Shown: in pieces, positions 1 through 6,624 of the stretch
Layout of the letters: every line of letters begins with the position of its first letter
Position numbering within the stretch: the first letter of the stretch is position 1
Assembly (NCBI GenBank): GCA_027031765.1
Contig: JALVPN010000059.1
Coordinates: forward strand, 1-8,877
DNA from: Promethearchaeota archaeon
GTDB taxonomy: Archaea; Asgardarchaeota; Thorarchaeia; Thorarchaeales; Thorarchaeaceae
Direction: 5' to 3'
Length of the DNA stretch: 8,877 nucleotides
The notes under the pieces: model-generated
Database searches by the model: none
Seen by the model: only the letters and a program-made list of their open reading frames with translations
Told to the model about the DNA's origin: nothing
Program-made: the position numbers and the translations under genes

Positions 1-1
1 T

Positions 2-499
2 GAACAGTCAATTACGATCACAGCGACGACCAACCTCACGGAAGACGAGGTACAGAGGATGGTCAAGGAGGCCGAGAAATACAGGCAGGAGGACGAGAAG
101 CGTCGGGCCCTTATCGAGGCCAAGAACAATGCCGACCAGATGGTCTACCAGGCCGAGAAGATGGCACGCGACTTCGCCGAGAAGATACCAGATGACCTCA
201 AGAAGGAGCTGGAGCGTAAGTCTGAGGAGCTCAAGAAGGCCATTGAAACAGACGACTACGAGAAGATAAAGAGTGGCACGGAGGAGCTCCAGCAGGTGCT
301 CTTCAGGATATCCGAGAAGGTCTATGGCTCCCAGGGCCCGGGCGCCGCCGGCTTCGACCCCTCCCAGATGGGCTTCGGGCCCGCTGGTACTGCCACGGGC
401 GACACGGCCAGCAGCACCACCAGCAACAAGGGGTCGAAGTCTGGTGTCGACGAGGAGGACGTGGTCGACGTGGACTTCGAAGACCTGGACTCGGACTGA
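2..499 (+). CDS. dnaK: Molecular chaperone DnaK (Hsp70), C-terminal part; 5'-truncated by the window
   Basis: The frame is open from base 2 and reads EQSITITATTNLTEDEVQRMVKEAEKYRQEDEKRRALIEAKNNADQMVYQAEK, which is the end of the DnaK substrate-binding domain plus the helical lid. It ends in the acidic DVVDVDFEDLDSD motif with TGA at 497-499, directly upstream of dnaJ. Confidence 0.97.
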   Translation, partial: EQSITITATTNLTEDEVQRMVKEAEKYRQEDEKRRALIEAKNNADQMVYQAEKMARDFAEKIPDDLKKELERKSEELKKAIETDDYEKIKSGTEELQQVLFRISEKVYGSQGPGAAGFDPSQMGFGPAGTATGDTASSTTSNKGSKSGVDEEDVVDVDFEDLDSD

Positions 500-558
500 G
501 AGTCCCACTGCCTCCAGCCGTCCACCCACATGACATACCGCCCTACCACCAGTACACT

Positions 559-565
559 GGGGTGA
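559..565 (+). promoter_or_regulatory. Ribosome-binding site GGGGTGA of dnaJ
   Basis: GGGGTGA lies 6 nt upstream of TTG at 572 and matches the GGAGGTGA-type Shine-Dalgarno consensus. Confidence 0.7.
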
Positions 566-571
566 AACTCC

Positions 572-1621
572 TTGCCGGATGACGACTACTATGATATTCT
601 TGGAGTCAGCAGGAACGCCTCTCAGGAGGAGATCAAGCGGGCCTACCGCCGCCTTGCAAAGAAGTATCACCCGGACCGCAACCCGGGCGACAAGCATGCT
701 GAGGAGATGCTCAAGAAGATAAACGAGGCGTACTCGGTCCTCAGCGACCCGGAGAAACGTGCCAACTACGACCGGTGGGGCACTGCCGACTTTCAGGGTA
801 TCAACATGGACGGTTTTGGCGACCTCTTCTCGGACATATTCCGGAGTTTCGGCTTTGGCGGCTTCACTACCATGGGCCGCAGGGGCCGCGGAGCACCACC
901 ACGTGGAGAGTCCCTCCGGATAACCATCACCCTCTCCTTCGATGAGGCGTTCTTCGGTACCGACAAGGAGATTCATTTCAAGCGCAAGGTACACTGCGAG
1001 GCCTGCGGTGGTACGGGCGCAGCACATGGCACGGGGCAGAGGACATGTCCCACCTGCAGAGGCCGTGGCCAGGTGATACGCTCCATGGGGGGCTTCATGC
1101 ACATCTCCCAGACGTGTCCGACCTGTCACGGTCTCGGCGAGGTTGTGGACACCCCGTGTCCTGTCTGCAAGGGCTCTGGCCGGGTTGACAAACGCATGCA
1201 GGTCAAGGTCCCCGTGCCACCCGGTGTCGAGGACGGCATGGCCCAGCGGATACCGGACGGTGGCAATGCTGGGCCCCGGGGAGGCCCCTATGGTGACTTG
1301 ATTGTGGAGTTTGTGGTCCGGCCCCACGAACAGTTCTTACGCAGGGGCCTCCACGTATACTTCGAGACGGACATCCCGTTCGACATTGCAGTGCTGGGCG
1401 GCGAGGTCGTGGTGCCCACCATGTGGGGCCCCACCAATGTCAAGATAAAGAAGGGCACCAAGGGTGGTACTGTCCTCCGGTTGCGTGGGAAAGGCGTCCA
1501 CACACGCGATGGCCGGACTGGCGACCAGCTCGTCCGGGTGAACATACACATCCCCACGCGCCTCACGAAGGAGCAGAAACGCTATCTGGAACAGTTCCCG
1601 GATGTGTTCCCCCGTGGGTGA
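572..1621 (+). CDS. dnaJ: Class A J-domain co-chaperone DnaJ (349 aa, TTG start)
   Basis: J-domain with HPD ([12 protein letters not shown]...[18 protein letters not shown]), short G/F region with DLF/DIF motifs, four CxxCxGxG zinc-finger repeats ([32 protein letters not shown]) and C-terminal domains (GGPYGDL, LRLRGKG, GDQLV). Confidence 0.98.
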   Translation: MPDDDYYDILGVSRNASQEEIKRAYRRLAKKYHPDRNPGDKHAEEMLKKINEAYSVLSDPEKRANYDRWGTADFQGINMDGFGDLFSDIFRSFGFGGFTTMGRRGRGAPPRGESLRITITLSFDEAFFGTDKEIHFKRKVHCEACGGTGAAHGTGQRTCPTCRGRGQVIRSMGGFMHISQTCPTCHGLGEVVDTPCPVCKGSGRVDKRMQVKVPVPPGVEDGMAQRIPDGGNAGPRGGPYGDLIVEFVVRPHEQFLRRGLHVYFETDIPFDIAVLGGEVVVPTMWGPTNVKIKKGTKGGTVLRLRGKGVHTRDGRTGDQLVRVNIHIPTRLTKEQKRYLEQFPDVFPRG

Positions 1622-1639
1622 GTGATGCGTGCGTGTACA

Positions 1640-2209
1640 TCAGAAGTCTATCGGCTTGCAGATACAGGCCCTCATCTTCAGTCCTGTAAAGTCGCTCGTG
1701 TTGGCTGGCCTCATCACCCATGCCGTGTCGGCACCCCGTCCTGTACCACCGACACACACAACATCGGTGTCCACAGGGACAAGTCCGGCATCGGCAGCCA
1801 TCATCGCAATCTCCGCGCACACCTTTGTCCCCTGACCGAATGTCCTGAAGGCCACCGCCAGCAGTTCTGTTGCCGTCCAGGTACCGAGCTGACGCCGGAT
1901 CCCACGGGCCACCCCGGCGAGGGCATGGGTCGTGGTCAGTATGTCCGCCCCAGCGGCGACGATGGCCTCTCGCAGGTCGTCGCGGAGCTCGTTGACGTTC
2001 GGCTCAGCAAAGCCGGTCATATGGGTCACGACAACGACATGTCGGTCTTTCAGGGCCCTCGCAAAACGCAGGCCGGTCTCGCCGGTAGTCGTTGCCACTA
2101 CCACATGTCTGATGTCCGGGTTGTCCTCCAAGAATGCCTCCACCGCTGACAGTACTTCACCAGTGTGTTCTGGGGAGGCCTCCTCAAAGTACATGGTGTG
2201 GATGTCCAT
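1640..2209 (-). CDS. Pyruvate kinase C-terminal (alpha/beta)-like domain protein, COG1751/MTH1675-type, function unknown
   Basis: Recognisable family motifs: YFEEASPEHT, VVVATTTGETG, VVVVTH..GF, HALAGVARGI, FGQGTKVCAEIAMMAADAG and GGTGRGADTA. ATG at 2209 (189 aa) fits where I recall homologues beginning. The alternative ATG at 2230 (196 aa) lies 3 nt after the upstream TAA. Confidence 0.85.
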   Translation of the reverse strand: MDIHTMYFEEASPEHTGEVLSAVEAFLEDNPDIRHVVVATTTGETGLRFARALKDRHVVVVTHMTGFAEPNVNELRDDLREAIVAAGADILTTTHALAGVARGIRRQLGTWTATELLAVAFRTFGQGTKVCAEIAMMAADAGLVPVDTDVVCVGGTGRGADTAWVMRPANTSDFTGLKMRACICKPIDF

Positions 2210-2233
2210 GTGACTCGTCCCGCCTGCCATGCA

Positions 2234-2710
2234 TTAGAGTCTATCCCCTGGCCCGGCACACACTGTCGGCGACTGGCTGAGTTGCCACGCCCTGATGAAC
2301 CACTCTGCGACGGCAAATGCGAGCAGGACAACCACCGCCTGCACGAAGTCCACTCTGTTGTTGGTCATCGTTGACACGAGGGCGGATGCGAGTACAGCGA
2401 CCAGTACTGCGACCACGAGCCTGAGCACGAGCTGTCTGCCCCTGAAGGCGCCCTCCTCCTGTGCGGGGGCCAGTTCCAGCTGACCAAACTCTGCTGCAAT
2501 CTCTTCCGGTGTCCCGAGGTCTTCCAGCACCTCTCTCAGCAGGACAGACGGGTCTTCGTCAGGCCAGGCCTCCATCCTGTCATTGAGAGAGTCCCTGATG
2601 TGCGTGTACAGGTCCTCCAGCAGGTCCTCGGTCTCGGGCGAGTCCGGTAGCTCTCTCCGTATCCTGTCCATGAACTCGTCAATCGTTCTCTTCAAGTCCT
2701 CCTCTTCCAT
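2234..2710 (-). CDS. HAAS (DUF1700-like) helical signalling domain protein with two C-terminal TM helices (158 aa)
   Basis: Acidic helical N-terminus with the pattern EDLLEDLYTHIRD...VLEDLGTPEEIAAEF, then two hydrophobic segments (LVLRLVVAVLVAVLASALVS and FVQAVVVLLAFAVAEWFI). It overlaps the padR gene, which is the usual context for this domain. Confidence 0.75.
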   Translation of the reverse strand: MEEEDLKRTIDEFMDRIRRELPDSPETEDLLEDLYTHIRDSLNDRMEAWPDEDPSVLLREVLEDLGTPEEIAAEFGQLELAPAQEEGAFRGRQLVLRLVVAVLVAVLASALVSTMTNNRVDFVQAVVVLLAFAVAEWFIRAWQLSQSPTVCAGPGDRL

Positions 2711-3062
2711 CGTCCATCAGCGCCTCCAGCTTCTCGAAGAGCACTCTCAGGTTCACCGTGAGCTCGCGGAGCACCCGGTCACCCTCACCTGTGAGCACGT
2801 ACACTTTCCTCCTTGGGCCTGTGTCCGACCTCTCTGCCCTGACGTTCAGCAGCCTCTCCTTCTTCAGCCGGTGGAGGATTGGGTACAGGGTCCCTTCCTT
2901 CACCTCCATCACACCGTCTGTCCTTGCCCTGAGTTCGCGGGCAATCCCGTACCCGTGGATCCCTTCCTTGTGGAGTCCGACCACTGCCAGGACTGCGAAC
3001 TGGAGGAGTCCCCTGCGTAGCTCCACCCTCCAGCTCTCTTCGAACCTCAGGGGCCTCTTCAA
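2679..3062 (-). CDS. PadR-family winged-helix transcriptional regulator (127 aa, TTG start)
   Basis: ELRRGLLQFAVL, HGYGIARELR, EGTLYPILHRLKKERLL and GPRRKVYVLTGEG are PadR hallmarks. The short C-terminus suggests subfamily 2. It overlaps the next gene by 32 nt. Confidence 0.93.
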   Translation of the reverse strand: MKRPLRFEESWRVELRRGLLQFAVLAVVGLHKEGIHGYGIARELRARTDGVMEVKEGTLYPILHRLKKERLLNVRAERSDTGPRRKVYVLTGEGDRVLRELTVNLRVLFEKLEALMDDGRGGLEEND

Positions 3063-3110
3063 CGGACGCAGGCCTCACACACTTGTGCACTCGCACACCG
3101 CATACCTGGC

Positions 3111-3124
3111 CTTAAGTCTCTCCC
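3111..3124 (-). promoter_or_regulatory. Possible BRE/TATA-like element for the padR operon
   Basis: The minus strand reads GGGAGAGACTTAAG, a purine-rich run followed by CTTAAG, about 50 nt upstream of the padR TTG within the 74-nt gap. Weak match, judged by eye. Confidence 0.3.
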
Positions 3125-3136
3125 TCGGCCACAGTC

Positions 3137-4429
3137 CTACACCCGTTCTGGGTGCCTCCGTCCAAAGAGGGCCTTGAACTCTATCATTAGTGTCGAGGAG
3201 TATTGCTTGGGCTCCCGTAGTAGCAGGTACAGGAACGAGGCTGCGAATCTCAGCACACCACTCATCAGTAGCATTGTGAACACCGCCCCGTGAGGGCCCA
3301 GGGACTGGGTGATAGCGTCACCGATGAAGCCAGCGACAAGTGAGCCACACAGGAAGACTATCCCGGTGAAGGTGTTGTACACTGCAAGGTGGGCCCCACG
3401 TTCGGTCTCGGGTGCAACGTCGTAGATGTATGCGGTGTTGGCATTCATGGCAGACGCGATGCAGAAGCCGGCAAGGGCGTTTGCTACGTAGACCGTGAGC
3501 ATCGACGTTGCGAAGGCGTACATGGTGGGCACGATGAACAACAGGCTGCGTCCGAGCAGTATCAGGGGTTTCCGTCCCACCCGGTCGCTCAGCCGCCCCA
3601 TCGGGACGGTGAACATGATTATGACCGCCGTCATGATTGCTGACGCGATGGCTATTTCGAACATCGTTGCGCCAAGCCACGTCTTCTGCACCACCATGAA
3701 GTATGGCCACGCCATGGACATGGCAAAGGAGAAGAAGACGGCAATCATACAGAACCTCCTGAAGTCTCCCGGCTGCGACAGCAGTCTCAGTACTGGTGGG
3801 AACGGACGCCTGCCGTCACCCTCCGTCATCCTCTCCTCGATGGTCAGTGAAATGACCGACGCCACAATCCCCACCACCGCTGTGGTCAGGAATGGGAGGT
3901 AGTATGCTCTGCGCCATGCCTCAACGGTGGGCAGCAGTACTGGACCGGCCGGCCCGAGCAGGTCGCGTGCGAGTGGGATGACTGCCGGGAACCCTGCTAT
4001 GAACCCTGAGACGAGGGTCGCGACAAGCGACGCAATGTTTGCAGCCATACCGAGTCTACCGAGCTCCGTCCCACGGTTGGTCTCGTCGGTGAAGCTGCCG
4101 ACCAGCGACTGCCAGGTCGGGATCTGGATACTGAGGAGCAGGGACTGGACACCGTACAGGACTATCATCTCGGTGGGTGTCTGTGCCCATAGGAACAGGA
4201 ACACCGTGAAGAGCCCGGTGAGGGTGCCCAGTGCGACGAAGACCTTCGCCCTCCCGGTCTTGTCAGCCGTGGCCCCCCACAGGGGCTGGAGTATTGTTGG
4301 TGCCACGTTCCCAACACTGCGGAAGACACCAAGTTCCGTGTAGCTGGCACCCATGTCGATCATGTACGCCTGCATGAAGGGTGCATACATCCCCTGTGCG
4401 AACTGCGTCAGCGAACCAACGGCGTACAC
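3137..4429 (-). CDS. Major facilitator superfamily transporter; start uncertain
   Basis: Many hydrophobic segments consistent with a 12-TM fold, and motif A in both halves (WGATADKTGR and MGRLSDRVGRK). TAG stop at 3137-3139. The ORF is open to TTG 4642, but its first 71 aa are hydrophilic and cross a TATA-like element. The in-frame GTG at 4429 (430 aa) is used here; see the finding on ATG 4449. Substrate is not predictable. Confidence 0.9.
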   Translation of the reverse strand: MYAVGSLTQFAQGMYAPFMQAYMIDMGASYTELGVFRSVGNVAPTILQPLWGATADKTGRAKVFVALGTLTGLFTVFLFLWAQTPTEMIVLYGVQSLLLSIQIPTWQSLVGSFTDETNRGTELGRLGMAANIASLVATLVSGFIAGFPAVIPLARDLLGPAGPVLLPTVEAWRRAYYLPFLTTAVVGIVASVISLTIEERMTEGDGRRPFPPVLRLLSQPGDFRRFCMIAVFFSFAMSMAWPYFMVVQKTWLGATMFEIAIASAIMTAVIIMFTVPMGRLSDRVGRKPLILLGRSLLFIVPTMYAFATSMLTVYVANALAGFCIASAMNANTAYIYDVAPETERGAHLAVYNTFTGIVFLCGSLVAGFIGDAITQSLGPHGAVFTMLLMSGVLRFAASFLYLLLREPKQYSSTLMIEFKALFGRRHPERV

Positions 4430-4512
4430 CTTCTTTGGTAGTCGGACATGGCAGTCTCCGGTCTCGCTAGTTGTCAGTGGTCTTCCACGCTCCGTATCCG
4501 TGATGGCGCCGT

Positions 4513-4526
4513 GCGGAATTATTAAC
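4513..4526. promoter_or_regulatory. AT-rich TATA-like element between the divergent MFS and peptidase genes
   Basis: GCGGAATTATTAAC is the most AT-rich stretch of this GC-rich region. It reads TTAATA on the minus strand (towards the MFS gene) and CGGAA-TTATTAA on the plus strand. Confidence 0.45.
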
Positions 4527-4716
4527 TGTAGTCTTGGTGGCACATGGCAGTCGTGGTCTGTCTGGCCCACCGACCTGTGTGTGGAGCGCTCCCCTGCGGT
4601 GCTGGACACAGGGTCGTCCTTGCCACTGTCTGCCCATGACAACGTGCATACGTGACCGTCAGTGTTATCTAGGGTGGCCGCCCAATCAAGGGCCGCAGGT
4701 GTGTGTGAGCTGACTC

Positions 4717-5817
4717 ATGCTCGGCGAGAACGTGTTCAGAGAGAGGGTCGAGAGCGTCGTCAAGTACATGGATGAGAAGGGTGCCACCCATGTTGTACTG
4801 ACCCCCTCACCGAACTTCCACTACCTGACTGGCCTGCCCATTGTCATGCGGGAGCGGCTTGTTGCGCTTGTCATCTCCCGTGACGCTGAGGTCACCATCA
4901 TTGCCCCGTCCTTTGAGGTCTCGGAGCACGCACGGCACACGTGGGTGAGTGATATCGTCCCGTGGGAAGAGGACGAAGACCCCTTCGCTGTCCTTGCTGA
5001 ACGCCTTGGCAACAACCCCCGGGTACTGTTCGATGAGGGGCTGCCGCTCGGCGTGTTCTGGAAAATCGAAAGGGCTGTCGGCGGGTTCGAAAGCGTAGGC
5101 CTGGTCACGCCACGGCTGCGGGAACTACGTATGCACAAGACCGCGGACGAGCTCGCACTGATGCGGCGCGCCGGACGGGTGATATCTGATGCTGTCGCGA
5201 GTGCATTCGAGTCGGTCGAGGCCGGGATGACAGAGCTCGATGTCCAACAGGTCGTCAACCGGGAGGTCATATGTGGGGGGGCCACCCCAACATTTGCGGC
5301 CGTCCAGTTCGGTGAGGACAGTGCACTGCCGCATGCAGCCCCCGGTAACCGGGTCGTCCAGAAGGGTGACGTCGTCCTGATGGACTGTGGCTGTGCGGTG
5401 GCCGGGTACAACACAGACATGACCCGTATGGGTGTTGTTGGTGACCCGTCTGACGAGCTGGAGAAGATATACTCGGTCGTCCTCGCCGCCCAAGAGGTGA
5501 CACTCGACCAGCTCAAGCCCGGGATTGCCTGCGGTGCTGCTGACGGCATTGCCCGCAGGGCCATCGAGGAGGCCGGCTATGGCCACTACTTCACACACAG
5601 GCTCGGCCACGGTATTGGCATGGAGGTGCACGAACCGCCATACCTCGTCCGGGGCAATTCAGCCCGACTTGAGCCGGGCATGACACACAGTGTGGAACCC
5701 GGTATCTATCTCAAAGGCGTGTTCGGTGTCCGCATTGAGGACCTGGTGCACATCACAGAGGACGGTGCCGAGGTCATCACCTACGCCCCGAAAGACCTGT
5801 TCCAGCTGGAAATATAG
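4717..5817 (+). CDS. Xaa-Pro peptidase (prolidase/aminopeptidase P), M24B family (366 aa)
   Basis: Creatinase-like N-domain and a pita-bread catalytic domain with all five metal ligands: D (DCG), D (TDMTR), H (HRLGHGIG), E (EPGIY) and E (GVRIED). SALPH and EVHE substrate motifs are also present. The sequence alone cannot separate PepQ from PepP. Confidence 0.95.
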   Translation: MLGENVFRERVESVVKYMDEKGATHVVLTPSPNFHYLTGLPIVMRERLVALVISRDAEVTIIAPSFEVSEHARHTWVSDIVPWEEDEDPFAVLAERLGNNPRVLFDEGLPLGVFWKIERAVGGFESVGLVTPRLRELRMHKTADELALMRRAGRVISDAVASAFESVEAGMTELDVQQVVNREVICGGATPTFAAVQFGEDSALPHAAPGNRVVQKGDVVLMDCGCAVAGYNTDMTRMGVVGDPSDELEKIYSVVLAAQEVTLDQLKPGIACGAADGIARRAIEEAGYGHYFTHRLGHGIGMEVHEPPYLVRGNSARLEPGMTHSVEPGIYLKGVFGVRIEDLVHITEDGAEVITYAPKDLFQLEI

Positions 5818-5878
5818 TCAGCTACAGCAACCGTGGCGACAGTATCGCCCGGCCCTTCTCCGCTACCACTTGTGCCCT

Positions 5879-5892
5879 CGAAAACATTAAGA
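5879..5892 (+). promoter_or_regulatory. Probable archaeal BRE + TATA element upstream of the YkgJ-family gene
   Basis: CGAAAACATTAAGA, a CGAAA BRE-like sequence followed by TTAAGA, about 40 nt upstream of ATG 5931. Confidence 0.5.
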
Positions 5893-5930
5893 AGAGATGG
5901 GAGGCAACGCGTCCTCGGTCGGTGGGTGCC

Positions 5931-6545
5931 ATGGGTGACAAGAAGTACAGCTTCAAGTGCATGGAACAGAACTGCGAGAACCGTGTGTGCTGCACGCGCG
6001 AGCATGTCGATGTGACACTTGGAGACCTGTCCCGGTGGTCTGCCCAGGGCTACTTGCCCCACATCCTACCGGGCCTCACACTCATAGTCCCCGAGTCCGA
6101 AGACGAAGAGATGCGGCTGGAGACGTCCCGCAGGCCACTCAAAGACCGGGAGGACACCACAGCATGCGTGTTCTACCACGAGGAGGCGAACGCCTGTACA
6201 ATCCGCTACTCCCGTCCACTGTCCTGTAGGACATTCCCCCTCCGCTACAATGGCGACAAGTTCTACGTCGTTGACAGGGACTGCCCGGGCATAGGAAAGG
6301 GCGAGGTCACAAAGGAGTCGCTGAAGGGGGCACGCGAGACCGCCGAGCAGGAGTACCGCGAACGCCTAGAGACCCGGGCTGCGCTGCCAGCCATCTACAC
6401 GGTCATCGTGGCCCAGATGGTGCGCCGCTCCGCAGAGGCAATGCAGTCGCTGAGTGACGAGGACCGCAAAAGGATTGAAGAGATACTGTCTCGTGGCCAG
6501 GACGACAGCGCTCCTGCCGACACTGGTCAGAGCACTGGTGCGTGA
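5931..6545 (+). CDS. YkgJ/UPF0153-family cysteine-cluster protein (putative Zn or Fe-S binding, 204 aa)
   Basis: Eight Cys in the family layout: C-x4-C-x4-CC, then CVFYHEEANACTIRYSRPLSCRTFP, then DCPGIG. ATG 5931 is preceded by GGTGGGTG. The ORF track's GTG 5922 lies within this ribosome-binding site. Confidence 0.88.
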   Translation: MGDKKYSFKCMEQNCENRVCCTREHVDVTLGDLSRWSAQGYLPHILPGLTLIVPESEDEEMRLETSRRPLKDREDTTACVFYHEEANACTIRYSRPLSCRTFPLRYNGDKFYVVDRDCPGIGKGEVTKESLKGARETAEQEYRERLETRAALPAIYTVIVAQMVRRSAEAMQSLSDEDRKRIEEILSRGQDDSAPADTGQSTGA

Positions 6546-6551
6546 CGACAG

Positions 6552-6576
6552 TCCGAAAGGTATTTCTTGTTTCGGA
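6552..6576. repeat. 7-bp perfect inverted repeat TCCGAAA-N11-TTTCGGA
   Basis: TCCGAAA at 6552-6558 and TTTCGGA at 6570-6576, with an imperfect outer extension (GAC 6547-6549 / GTC 6578-6580). Seen directly; function unknown. Confidence 0.6.
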
Positions 6577-6624
6577 AGTCCGCACCTGCACGCCACCGAG
6601 CCACCCTGCAATGGAGTCCACGGA

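Noticed and set aside
497-574. Possible DnaK-DnaJ readthrough or Sec fusion, since both genes share a frame
   Set aside because: A second in-frame TGA at 563-565 blocks readthrough, both proteins have normal termini, and dnaJ has its own ribosome-binding site. The in-frame mini-ORF at 530-565 has no supporting signal.
8-1327. 439-aa antisense ORF spanning dnaK and dnaJ
   Set aside because: It is the in-register shadow of two same-frame, GC-rich genes. Long antisense ORFs opposite hsp70 genes are a known codon-usage effect, and the translation has no recognisable domain.
1622-2149. Cys/His-rich 175-aa plus-strand ORF and other ORFs overlapping the minus-strand block
   Set aside because: They are antisense to well-supported genes and show no family motif. 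The Cys/His/Arg/Pro richness is typical of off-frame GC-rich sequence.
3078-3088. CACA-CT-TGTG mini-palindrome as a PadR operator; CACTTGTGC recurs at 5867-5875
   Set aside because: Arms of 3-4 bp and a single 9-mer recurrence are within chance expectation, and I see no match to a PadR operator I can name.
4701-4709. GTGTGTGAG upstream of the peptidase start, also upstream of padR (3082-3074, minus strand)
   Set aside because: Most simply a partial GTGAG ribosome-binding-like sequence. Spacing differs (7 versus 11 nt) and two copies are too few to define a motif.
4821-5631. Minus-strand ORFs of 247 and 168 aa
   Set aside because: They are antisense to the Xaa-Pro peptidase, whose catalytic residues are all intact.
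5835-5849. GGCGA-CAGTA-TCGCC hairpin after the peptidase gene as a terminator
   Set aside because: The stem is only 5 bp and has no following T-tract, which is insufficient support.
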